A stretch of DNA of 64,000 bases from Bacteroidota bacterium (GTDB taxonomy: Bacteria > Bacteroidota > Bacteroidia > Cytophagales > Microscillaceae): the NCBI GenBank assembly GCA_004293265.1, contig RDXZ01000022.1, positions 9,158 through 73,157 of the forward strand. Reading direction: 5' to 3'. This document shows positions 37,002 through 46,050 of the stretch, one piece after another. The position numbers were made by a program, and so were the translations under genes. Below the pieces are notes generated by a model. The model saw only the letters and a list, made by a program, of their open reading frames with translations. It ran no database searches and was not told the origin of the DNA. Positions within the stretch are counted from its first letter, which is position 1, and the number at the start of each line of letters is the position of its first letter.

Positions 37002-37433
37002 ATGGGACATATTAAATTTCAATCGCATTTACCACATTTTACAAATGTATTAGGTAATTTTTTTGGAAACGATGGCAACGCGGCACACACATATACACAC
37101 GCCCCTGCTGTCAATGTAAAGGAAAATTCTAATCAATTTTTAATCGAAGTAGTCGCGCCGGGTTTCAAAAAAGAGGATTTTCAAATTCAATTGGAAAACA
37201 ATCTTTTGACAATTTCAGCAGAAATAAAAACAGAAGGAGAAACAAAAAATGAAGATGAAAAATATACAAGAAAAGAATTTCATTTGCATAATTTTAAAAG
37301 AAGCTTCAATTTACCAAAATCGGCTGACACAGAAAATATAAACGCCAATTATAACAACGGAATTTTGGAAATTTCTATCACCAAAAAAGAAGAAGCAAAA
37401 CCAAAACCTGTTAGAGAAATTGCAATCGTTTAA
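37002..37433 (+). CDS. Hsp20/alpha-crystallin family small heat-shock protein
   Basis: PAVNVKENSNQFLIEVVAPGFKKEDFQIQLENNLLTISAE ... FKRSFNLP ... ANYNNGILEISITK is a canonical alpha-crystallin domain. Confidence 0.9.
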   Translation: MGHIKFQSHLPHFTNVLGNFFGNDGNAAHTYTHAPAVNVKENSNQFLIEVVAPGFKKEDFQIQLENNLLTISAEIKTEGETKNEDEKYTRKEFHLHNFKRSFNLPKSADTENINANYNNGILEISITKKEEAKPKPVREIAIV

Positions 37434-37473
37434 AAAAAATGCTGGTGGACATTTTGTCCACCAGCATTTTTTT
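37433..37473. terminator. hairpin-repeat copy 1 (bidirectional terminator after hsp20)
   Basis: aaaaaaaatgctggtggaca tttt tgtccaccagcatttttttt is a perfect 20-bp palindrome. Confidence 0.7.
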
Positions 37474-37540
37474 TATATTTTATATCCAAATAAATTATAA
37501 AAAATATGATACTTACTTTCAAAAAAATATAACACAAAAA

Positions 37541-37597
37541 TTATCAAACTAAAAAAATTATTAAAAATAATTTCAATATATTTATCAAACTAAAAAA
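37541..37597 (+). repeat. two direct TTATCAAACTAAAAAA repeats (iteron-like)
   Basis: Identical 16-mers at 37541-37556 and 37582-37597. The second abuts hairpin-repeat copy 2. Confidence 0.4.
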
Positions 37598-37640
37598 TTT
37601 GCTGATGGACAAAATGTCCACCAGCAAATTTTTTAGTTTT
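37588..37640. repeat. hairpin-repeat copy 2 (about 50-nt near-perfect palindrome)
   Basis: aaactaaaaaatttgctgatggaca aaa tgtccaccagcaaattttttagttt. Same GGACAnnnTGTCCACCAGC core as copy 1, with the loop inverted. Confidence 0.6.
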
Positions 37641-38067
37641 TTTGTATCAATTTTTTAAAAATATAACCCCTCTTTAATCCTAAAAATAAAAGAAAAAAAT
37701 AACAAAAATTTTACAAAAAATAAATGTTCGTATAAATAAATTTACAATACTATATATTTTATAACAAAAACATTTATACAAACATTGATATATGACTTAA
37801 AAACATTCGAGTTTCGATATAAGAGCCTTAAATTTTGAAGATTATAATAAATGATTGAAAAAAAATATTTTTAAAAAAAGTCGAAAAAAATGGCTTAAAT
37901 GCTTGTTAAATCCAATATTTATATTTAATATTGCAGACTGAAACTTGTTTTTTGTATCTGAAATTTTTTTTTTGATAGACGATTAAAAAAAATGCTTAGA
38001 AAAACAAAAAAATAATCGTAAAAGATATACAATTATTTTTATTTATTTTTAAGAAATAATACAATAA

Positions 38068-38232
38068 AAAAAGTGCGGTTGTCCCACGACCGCACTTAAA
38101 AATAGCAAGTTTAGAAAACGCTGTATGTCTTGTCAAGTGCCGTACAGTTTTTCTTGGAGAAGTGTTCAATTTGCGAGTTGTGAAATTTGAGATTTCAATG
38201 ATACGCAAACAACACTTGTATTTCTGTCTTAC
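38068..38232 (-). ncRNA. candidate small RNA (about 165 nt) with its own promoter box and terminator
   Basis: Minus-strand TACCTTTG (38246-38239) fits the Bacteroidota -7 box TAnnTTTG. Internal long hairpin aagtgttgtttgcg ... cgcaaattgaacactt. Strong terminator gtgcggt-cgtgggaca-accgcac plus T8 (38100-38061). No credible ORF. Confidence 0.3.
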
Positions 38233-38633
38233 CTAACGCAAAGGTAATAAATTATTTTGGTTTTAAAAAATTTTTTAGATATATTCTTTAAAATTTTCGT
38301 TATTTTTTTCATTTTCTTGAAAAAATACCTTAAAATCATCATTTTTTGTACTTTTTTTAGGACGTTTATTCTATTTTTTAATTTTTTTTCTGTCCCAAAC
38401 ATCTAAAAAATTAAAAAAATATTATACCCAATAATAATGAATAATCCCTAAAAAGATTGTATTTAGTTGTATTGCTATCTTATATTTTGATGAATGATAT
38501 TGTTTTTATATCAAACTCAAAAAATAAAATATGATATAAATTTAATTATTTTTTGCATAGCAGAATTTACAAGCCCAAAAACTACTCTCCTTTTTTTTAA
38601 TGCACCTGACCTAACGTTAATGATGATGCAAAA

Positions 38634-41600
38634 ATGCAAAATGATTTTAACAATTGGTCACAAACAATTTTAGCAAGCCTTTGGATAGATGGCGGTTTGC
38701 GTGTGTTCCAATATTATGGTTTTGAACCTTCTCGAAAGGCTCAAAAAGAAAATCCATTGAGAGATGAAAAAACTTCTTCTTTTTATGTGGTGGATAAATA
38801 TAACAAAGTTTTTTTTAAAGACTTTGGTGATGATACTTTGAAAGGCGATGCCATCAAATTTGTACAACTATTCGAACAAGTTGATTATAAAAATGCACTC
38901 AAAATCATCGCTTCTATTTATGGTTTGGAAAATATTGATTTTATCAATGATAATTCAAACCAAAAAAGAAATCAATTTATCAAAAAAATAAATACAAAAA
39001 AAACCGAAAATTTATCTTTTGAAAAAAAATTAATTAATATTCAGTTCAAAGATTTTTCAAAAGAAGAACTCGATTTTTGGTACAAAAAAGGTTTAATCAC
39101 AAAAAATTGTTTAGAAAATAATAACGTAAAATCTGTAGAAAGTTTTGAAATCAAAATATCAGAAGAAAAAACTTTGTTTTTCAAAAATTTAGAATTTGTT
39201 TTTGCATATACCATCGTAGAAAATGAATCTTATAAATTGTATATGCCAAAACCAAAATTTCGCGTATATGCACAAAGCAAAACCGTATTTTTACCAAATT
39301 TATCCAAAGCAAAAGAAATTTATGGTGAAAATTATGCGTATAGTTTTGGTTTAGAAAGTTTGCATCCTGAAAAACCTATCATCATTTGTGGTGGCGAGCC
39401 TGATTGCTTGGCTTTGCAATCGATGGGCTTTTCTGCTTTTACTTTGGGTGATGAACGCAGTACAATTCCAGATTATATTTTGGAAAAAATAAAAAAAGTA
39501 AATCCAAATCCTGAAATTTCTGTTTTGTATGATACCGATTATACAGGTTTAAAATCTTCGCTTTTATTAGAACAAAGATATAATTTTCAACGACTGATTT
39601 TACCAAAATTAGAAAAACAAAAAAATAAATCTTTGCCAAAACCAGAAAAAAATGACTTATGTGATTATATCAATACTTTTGGCGTTGATGCAACATTAGA
39701 ATTGTGTTTGTATCAAAATAAATTCAAAAATAAAGATTATCATTTGCACAATGTTCCTTCTTTTATAGTTAAAAAATATTTATCTGAAAAAATAGATATT
39801 TTAGCAAATTTTATCACTCAAAATAAAAGAACACAAATTGATGCTGACGCAGGCATCGGAAAAACTTTTACAATGTTGTCCGAATTGCCTCAAAAAATAA
39901 ATATGCCTATTATTTTTTGTGTGCCGTTTGCTTTACAAGTCGAACAAATCGAACAAGAATACAATCATAAAGTAAATGACTTGGTTTGCTTTACCAATCA
40001 AGCCGTTAAAAATGATACCTTAGAAATTGAAGCGTTAAGAATTGGAAAAGTAAATGTTTGTACGTATGATAGGTTAAAAATAATTTTTAAACGAACAAAA
40101 GATATTTATGAAAATATTTTGGTAGTGATTGATGAAAGTCATTTGCTTACCAGCGAATATGCGTACAGGACGCAAACCATTCACGAGGTTTTAGAAACTT
40201 GTGAGGTGGCAGAAAAAGTTGTTTATTTATCAGCGACTCCTGATTATGCGTTGTGTAATTTTTCAAATTTTCAATTATTAAAAATCAAAAGAGAACAAAA
40301 TCCAACATTATATCTCGAACCGATTGATTATAGTGGTGATGCTAAAAATGCCTTGTGGCAATTGTTAAAAACGGAAAGAAACAAAGAAATAGAAGCAAAA
40401 GAAACGGATAAACTAACAATTGTTAGACTAAACAATAAAGTTTTATCACACGTTATTGCAGATTTATTAATTGAAAATGGTTTGTATCAAAACGAAGAAA
40501 TTGATTTTATTTATAGTGAAAAACGGCAATCTTCACGCACAACGGCACGTACTTCTTTGATTGAACATTCTGAAATTCCAAAAAATATCCGTTTGTTGTT
40601 TGTAACGGCTTGTTTTGATTGTGGAATTAATTTATTGAATGAAAATATCAGACAAATTATTAATTTTGAAACACGTTACACTGACAATTGTTTGGATACA
40701 TTGAAACAATTGGTGGCTCGTTTTAGAAAATGCAACGAGTTAAAAATCAAAGTTTGTAAACCTATTCACTACATTGAAAAAAAATCGTTGGATAATAAAG
40801 TTAATTTATATGAGCGTTTGGTGGAAGATGCGATGAGTAAAATTGCGTTGTTGCCTTATGCTGATGCAAAATTTAGGGATAAAATCAATCAAGAAATTTG
40901 GCATTTTCAGAATGATGGATTGATTGGATACAAAACTCCTTTGTATTTGAAAAGTAATTTGGATATTTCTGCCACAGGAAAAATTTTACAAAAAACAAAT
41001 GATGATATTTACAAAGTAAATTATAATTATATTCGTTTTTGTTTAAAAGATTACGAAAGAAAAAATTTGAATAGTTTTGATTTTTATTCTATTTTTTCAA
41101 AAGAAATTCCTTTGGTTTATATACAAGAAAGATGTATTTTGAATAATGAAAAAACATTCGAAGAAAAAGAAAAATTGACAATACTTTGGCAAAAAGCAAA
41201 AGAACAAAAAGAAATCAGAACCGAACAAATTTGCGAAAATATACGCAATCATTCACAAGAATTTTTTGAGGCAATTCACGCAGAGTTTAGAGATACTCGT
41301 CTGAAAAAATCTATTCAAACGCATTTTGTAGTAACGACAACGCCCGCAACGGCAACGCCTTTGAATACATTTTTTGAGAAAGAAAACACTCAAAACGGCA
41401 CAGAAACGCCAAAAACGGCACCCGTTTTAGAGGAAGAAGTTGTAAAATTAAGCCACCGATATTTTCACTTAAAAGAAATGTTGGTGCCTGTCAATAAAAT
41501 CCCTGAATTATTAAAAAACAATGCTGATGAAGTAAAATATGGTGAATTAACCAAAACTTTAACCAATCATTTGTATTTGTTGGCGGCAGAAAAAACGGGC

Positions 41601-42356
41601 AATGATTTGCCGTTGTTGGTCAGAGATAAACGCAAATTAACGGATATTATTTGGTTGTCTGAATTGGCTGATAAAATTGAAAAATTACAAGAAAAGAAAT
41701 ACACACAAAAATCTTCACAAGATATTTTGAGGCGTTTCGAATCGCTTTCTTATGATTTTAAATTGGCACAAAAAGAAAAAAATGATGCTTTTTGGAAAGC
41801 TTTGGTTTTACTCAATGACATCAAAAATGGAGCAAAATCAAAAGCCGAATACAGAGAAGCAAAAAGACGTTTTAAAGCCTTCAAAAACAAAGAAAAACGG
41901 ATTGAAGAAAAATTGATAACGACAAAAAAACGCCTCGATGAAAGCGTTATCGTAGGTTTTACCATTGATGAAATTTCTTTTTTTATCAATAAAACAAAAA
42001 CACATCAATCAGATTGGCAAGGTGCAAAAACGAATATCCGTTTATTGAGTTCTTTATTTGAAATCAAAACACAAAAACGTTTAATTCAGTTGAATAATGG
42101 AACAACAACGGAAAAAACTTTGATAACGATTGGAAAACGTTTAACGTTTGAAAAAGCCTTAGAACGCTTCAAATTCTCGGAAACGGAAGCCGTTATGTAT
42201 AAAGAATATGCCGTTTTTGAAATAGAAACGGATTTATGGCAACGGAAAAACGCTTTGGCAAAAAATGAAAACGTTTCGCTTCAATCAACTAATAGAGTAT
42301 TTAATACAGGCGGTATAATCGAAAACGCTATGGGCTATCCTGTGTTTTGGGATTAA
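38634..42356 (+). CDS. primase-helicase fusion: degenerate DnaG-type Zn-finger, Toprim, SF2/DExH-like helicase, long unknown C-terminal region
   Basis: NPLRDEKTSSFYVV...FKDFG...GDAIKFV mirrors CPFHxEKTPSF...CFGCG...GD but lacks all Cys/His. Toprim IIICGGEPDCLAL ... VLYDTDYTG (nt 39375-39551). Walker A DADAGIGKTF (39840-39869). VVIDESH (40131-40142). Confidence 0.7.
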   Translation: MQNDFNNWSQTILASLWIDGGLRVFQYYGFEPSRKAQKENPLRDEKTSSFYVVDKYNKVFFKDFGDDTLKGDAIKFVQLFEQVDYKNALKIIASIYGLENIDFINDNSNQKRNQFIKKINTKKTENLSFEKKLINIQFKDFSKEELDFWYKKGLITKNCLENNNVKSVESFEIKISEEKTLFFKNLEFVFAYTIVENESYKLYMPKPKFRVYAQSKTVFLPNLSKAKEIYGENYAYSFGLESLHPEKPIIICGGEPDCLALQSMGFSAFTLGDERSTIPDYILEKIKKVNPNPEISVLYDTDYTGLKSSLLLEQRYNFQRLILPKLEKQKNKSLPKPEKNDLCDYINTFGVDATLELCLYQNKFKNKDYHLHNVPSFIVKKYLSEKIDILANFITQNKRTQIDADAGIGKTFTMLSELPQKINMPIIFCVPFALQVEQIEQEYNHKVNDLVCFTNQAVKNDTLEIEALRIGKVNVCTYDRLKIIFKRTKDIYENILVVIDESHLLTSEYAYRTQTIHEVLETCEVAEKVVYLSATPDYALCNFSNFQLLKIKREQNPTLYLEPIDYSGDAKNALWQLLKTERNKEIEAKETDKLTIVRLNNKVLSHVIADLLIENGLYQNEEIDFIYSEKRQSSRTTARTSLIEHSEIPKNIRLLFVTACFDCGINLLNENIRQIINFETRYTDNCLDTLKQLVARFRKCNELKIKVCKPIHYIEKKSLDNKVNLYERLVEDAMSKIALLPYADAKFRDKINQEIWHFQNDGLIGYKTPLYLKSNLDISATGKILQKTNDDIYKVNYNYIRFCLKDYERKNLNSFDFYSIFSKEIPLVYIQERCILNNEKTFEEKEKLTILWQKAKEQKEIRTEQICENIRNHSQEFFEAIHAEFRDTRLKKSIQTHFVVTTTPATATPLNTFFEKENTQNGTETPKTAPVLEEEVVKLSHRYFHLKEMLVPVNKIPELLKNNADEVKYGELTKTLTNHLYLLAAEKTGNDLPLLVRDKRKLTDIIWLSELADKIEKLQEKKYTQKSSQDILRRFESLSYDFKLAQKEKNDAFWKALVLLNDIKNGAKSKAEYREAKRRFKAFKNKEKRIEEKLITTKKRLDESVIVGFTIDEISFFINKTKTHQSDWQGAKTNIRLLSSLFEIKTQKRLIQLNNGTTTEKTLITIGKRLTFEKALERFKFSETEAVMYKEYAVFEIETDLWQRKNALAKNENVSLQSTNRVFNTGGIIENAMGYPVFWD

Positions 42357-42370
42357 ATGAATTTGATTTT

Positions 42371-42397
42371 TGGTGGTGGACAAAATGTCCACAGGCA
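42371..42397. repeat. hairpin-repeat copy 3 (degenerate)
   Basis: tggtggtggacaaaatgtccacaggca, 15 nt after the primase-helicase stop codon. Confidence 0.5.
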
Positions 42398-42434
42398 TTT
42401 ATTTTTCATTTTTTGTAGAATTAATAAAGGTTTT

Positions 42435-42461
42435 TGGTGGTGGACAAAATGTCCATTAGCA
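42435..42461. repeat. hairpin-repeat copy 4 (degenerate)
   Basis: tggtggtggacaaaatgtccattagca. The 20-nt left half is identical to copy 3. Confidence 0.5.
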
Positions 42462-42568
42462 TATAAAAAATAATACAAAAAAATAGTATTTTGATTGATT
42501 ATTTGAAAAAACGAAATATAATGATTAAATTGCAAGCAAATTTTAAAGTCATTCAAAAATAAAAAAAA

Positions 42569-44173
42569 ATGCAAAATATTTTTAAAAACAAAAAAAAACA
42601 ATTGCTTGCTTTGGGAACTTATGCAAGTCTAAGTTTTTCGATTGCTTTTGCACAAAAAGCTACTCCAAATTGGTTTAATTTAGACCCTCAGCAAGATAAT
42701 TTGAGAGGAGTAAGTGCAGAAAAAGCCTACAAAGAATTATTAAAAGATAAAAAATCTACTACGATTATTGTGGCTGTGATTGATTCAGGAATTGAAATTG
42801 ACCATCCTGCATTGAAAAATAAAATTTGGAAAAATGAAAAAGAAATCAATGGAAAAGATGGGGTTGATGATGATGGAAATGGTTATATTGATGATAAATT
42901 TGGTTGGGATTTTATTGGTGGAAAAGATGGAAAAGATGTCAATCAAGATACGTATGAATTGACAAGAGAGTATGTGAGATTATCACCAAAATACAAAGAT
43001 GTTGATGAAAAAACTGCCAAAGATAAAAAAGAATTTGCTTATTTTCAATTAGTAAAAGACAAATTTGAGAAAAAAAGAAAAGAAATGCAAGGCGGTTTTG
43101 ATAATGTTGCACCGATTTACACAATGGTAAAAGAAGGTATGGAAAAAGTTAAAAAAGACCTTAAAAAAGATAAAATTGTTTTACAAGATGTAAAATCTTG
43201 GACTCCAACCAATGATGAGGATAAACAAATCAAAACAACTTTGGTGGCTGTACTCGGTCAATATGATTTAGAACAAATCAATGGTTATTATGAATATGTA
43301 GAAAATGGTTTGAAATATGGTTTAAATCCTGAGTTCAATCCTCGTACCGTCGTGGGTGATAATTATGCTGATGGAAAAGAAAAAGGGTATGGTAACAATG
43401 AGGTAGAAGGACCTGACGCGGAACATGGCACACACGTAGCGGGCATCATTGCAGGTGAGAGAAATGCAGGACTGCCTATGCAAGGTGTGGCTGAAAATGT
43501 AAAAATTATGACTTTGAGAACCGTTCCAAATGGTGATGAAAGAGATAAAGATATTGCTAATTCGATTCGTTATGCAGTAGATAATGGAGCAAGGATAATT
43601 AATATGAGTTTTGGAAAAGAATTTTCTCCACAAAAACAATTGGTTGATGAGGCAGTGCAATATGCAGAGAAAAAAGGAGTTTTATTGGTACACGCCGCAG
43701 GCAACGACTCTAAAAACATTGACACAGAAAGAAATTTTCCAACTAAAAAGTTTCTAAATGGAAAATTAGCAAAAAATTGGATAGAAGTAGGAGCTTTGGA
43801 TTGGGGAAGTGGCGGTAAATTCTTAGCAGATTTTACTAATTATGGTAAAAAATCTATTGATATTTTTGCACCGGGTGTTGATATTTATTCTGCTGTTCCT
43901 GATGCTAAATACAAAGATAATAGCGGAACGAGTATGGCGGCACCTGTCGTGGCAGGAGTTGCGGCTTTGATTTTGTCATATTATCCTCAATTAAAAGCAC
44001 AGGAATTGCGTGAAATTATTATCAAATCTTCAAGAAAATTTCCATCGGAGAAAGTAAATAAACCCGGTAGCGAAACCGAAAAAATTGAATTGAAAGAATT
44101 AAGCATTGATGCAGGTTTGATTAATGTATATGGCGCTTTGGTGTTGGCAGAAAAAATGGCTAAGAAAAAATAG
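42569..44173 (+). CDS. S8 subtilisin-like serine peptidase (secreted)
   Basis: Signal peptide. Catalytic motifs VAVIDSGIE (Asp), HGTHVAGIIAG (His), SGTSMAAPVVAG (Ser). Confidence 0.9.
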   Translation: MQNIFKNKKKQLLALGTYASLSFSIAFAQKATPNWFNLDPQQDNLRGVSAEKAYKELLKDKKSTTIIVAVIDSGIEIDHPALKNKIWKNEKEINGKDGVDDDGNGYIDDKFGWDFIGGKDGKDVNQDTYELTREYVRLSPKYKDVDEKTAKDKKEFAYFQLVKDKFEKKRKEMQGGFDNVAPIYTMVKEGMEKVKKDLKKDKIVLQDVKSWTPTNDEDKQIKTTLVAVLGQYDLEQINGYYEYVENGLKYGLNPEFNPRTVVGDNYADGKEKGYGNNEVEGPDAEHGTHVAGIIAGERNAGLPMQGVAENVKIMTLRTVPNGDERDKDIANSIRYAVDNGARIINMSFGKEFSPQKQLVDEAVQYAEKKGVLLVHAAGNDSKNIDTERNFPTKKFLNGKLAKNWIEVGALDWGSGGKFLADFTNYGKKSIDIFAPGVDIYSAVPDAKYKDNSGTSMAAPVVAGVAALILSYYPQLKAQELREIIIKSSRKFPSEKVNKPGSETEKIELKELSIDAGLINVYGALVLAEKMAKKK

Positions 44174-44200
44174 GTTTAATATCATTGTATAAATATAAAA

Positions 44201-44234
44201 AAACGTTTATTTTGTAAAAAATAAGCGTTTTTTA
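44201..44234 (+). terminator. intrinsic terminator after the S8 peptidase gene
   Basis: aaacgtttatttt gtaa aaaataagcgttt stem-loop followed by a T-run. Confidence 0.55.
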
Positions 44235-44426
44235 TTTGTAAATACCAAAAAAATTACATACCTTTGCACAATCATATATTTTAGCAAGTATATCATTTTT
44301 CAACTTCACATAATAATAAAATCATCAATATCAATTTTTTATCACAAATTATAATTTTTTGTGATAATTCTTCGTGTATAATTTAACTTAATTATTATAA
44401 AAAACTTACATAAATTGGTTTTAAGA

Positions 44427-45860
44427 ATGAAGTATATTTTTTTATTAGTTTTGATTGTGATATTGGCTCAAAAATTAGAAGGACAATCATGTACATCTTG
44501 TGATATTATTATTAGTAGTAATAGTAATACATCTCAAACACTTAACAGCAATAATCAAAGAATTTGCATCACAGGTGGCGTATTTTCAGGAAATATTACA
44601 CTCAATGGAACAGGCAATAGTGTGTGTGTGAGTGCGGCAGGCACGATTGGCTCAGGAGGTTCTTTGACGTTGAATGGTTCGAATATAACCGTTTTAAATT
44701 ATGGAAATGTTACAATTCCTTCGTTATCCATCAATAACAATAGTGTTTATAACAATTATAATCTAACCACAATCACAGGCACATTAGATATAAACTCGAA
44801 TGGCATTACTTACAATCAAATTTCAGGCACAACCAACGTTGGTAATTTTAATGTTAATAGCAATGCAAATCTAAACATTAGCGGTGGAGTTTTCAGACAA
44901 ACGCAAGCAGGAAGCACAGCCAATAATAATTCTTTGGGAACTATAACCATCACTAATAATGCTTCGTTGAATATTGCAGGAAATTTTGTCAATAATAGTA
45001 CAGTCAATTCGAATCGTGGCACTGTCAATATTACAGGAAATTTTACAAACAATAGCGGTGCAAATTATAATTTAAACAATCGATTGTTGAATGTGGGCGG
45101 CTCATTGACCAATAATGGCAATATTTCAACGGCGGGAACAGGTTGTAGCAAAATGAATATCACAGGAACGATTACAAATAATGGTGGTGCAAATATTCAG
45201 GGAACAGGCGGAGCAAGAATTGATGTTTGTGGTTCAGGTGGCACAACTAATTTTGGAAGTATTACAAATACACAGCCTACTGCGTGTAGTTGTGTGGTTA
45301 GTTTACCGATTACATTGCTTTATTTTGATGTTCAGTATAATAAAATGAGTGATAAAATTGATATTTTTTGGACGGCTTTGAGTGATGAAGACAATGGTTA
45401 TTTTGTGATAGAAAAATCGTTGAATGGAATTGATTTTGAAGCCATTGCACAAAAAAATGCCATAAAAAATATAATGCCTCAAAATTATTCGGTGAAAGAT
45501 GAAGTTTTTGAAAATGGTTATGTTTATTATAGGCTTAAAAATGTAGAAAGCAATCGATTTTTTTATTCTGATATAAAAGCCATCGAAATAAAAAATAAAA
45601 ACATAGATTTTGATGTATTTCCTAATCCTTCTGCTGATTATATTTTTGTAAAAATAAAAAATACTGAAAGTAAAAATATTGGAATTTCTGTTCTCAATAT
45701 AGAAGGAAAATTGGTTTTGTTTGTTGATAAAATTAGTGTATTTGATAAAAATAAGATAGATATTGCTCATTTGCCTAAAGGAATTTATTTTTTGGAGATG
45801 AAAGATTTTTTTGGAAATAATGGTGATATTGTGAGGAAAAAGATGGTGAAAATGGAATAG
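44427..45860 (+). CDS. T9SS-secreted surface protein (Asn/Gly/Thr-rich beta-helix-like repeats plus Por C-terminal sorting domain)
   Basis: Signal peptide MKYIFLLVLIVILAQKLEGQ. Repeated NITGNFTNNSGAN-type strands. C-terminal FPNPSADYIFVKI ... GIYFLEM is typical of a T9SS CTD. Confidence 0.75.
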   Translation: MKYIFLLVLIVILAQKLEGQSCTSCDIIISSNSNTSQTLNSNNQRICITGGVFSGNITLNGTGNSVCVSAAGTIGSGGSLTLNGSNITVLNYGNVTIPSLSINNNSVYNNYNLTTITGTLDINSNGITYNQISGTTNVGNFNVNSNANLNISGGVFRQTQAGSTANNNSLGTITITNNASLNIAGNFVNNSTVNSNRGTVNITGNFTNNSGANYNLNNRLLNVGGSLTNNGNISTAGTGCSKMNITGTITNNGGANIQGTGGARIDVCGSGGTTNFGSITNTQPTACSCVVSLPITLLYFDVQYNKMSDKIDIFWTALSDEDNGYFVIEKSLNGIDFEAIAQKNAIKNIMPQNYSVKDEVFENGYVYYRLKNVESNRFFYSDIKAIEIKNKNIDFDVFPNPSADYIFVKIKNTESKNIGISVLNIEGKLVLFVDKISVFDKNKIDIAHLPKGIYFLEMKDFFGNNGDIVRKKMVKME

Positions 45861-45973
45861 TTTTTAGTTGTTTTTGGGACGTAAATAATGATATAAATAA
45901 TTAAAAATCAATTGATTATAAATAAAAGTTATCCTAAACTCATATCATTATTTCAATTTTTAAATAAAAAAAA

Positions 45974-45998
45974 CCTCTTTCCAAAAAATAGAAAGAGG
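45974..45998. terminator. bidirectional terminator between convergent genes
   Basis: cctctttc / gaaagagg stem flanked by A- and T-runs. Confidence 0.6.
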
Positions 45999-46050
45999 TA
46001 AAAAAATAAGATTTTTATTGAATATAATACAAACTCAGATGTTGAGATTT

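Noticed and set aside
37996-38208. 70-aa minus-strand ORF
   Set aside because: It runs through a strong intrinsic terminator hairpin and ends in low-complexity FLFF sequence. The interval is better explained as a non-coding RNA, itself only a candidate.
42353-42601. 82-aa minus-strand ORF between the primase-helicase and S8 peptidase genes
   Set aside because: It spans the two hairpin-repeat copies and the S8 start codon region, its sequence is low-complexity, and there is no supporting motif.
45303-45770. 155-aa minus-strand ORF
   Set aside because: It is antisense to the C-terminal T9SS sorting domain of the 44427..45860 gene, and its translation is Ile/Phe/Tyr/Asn-rich.
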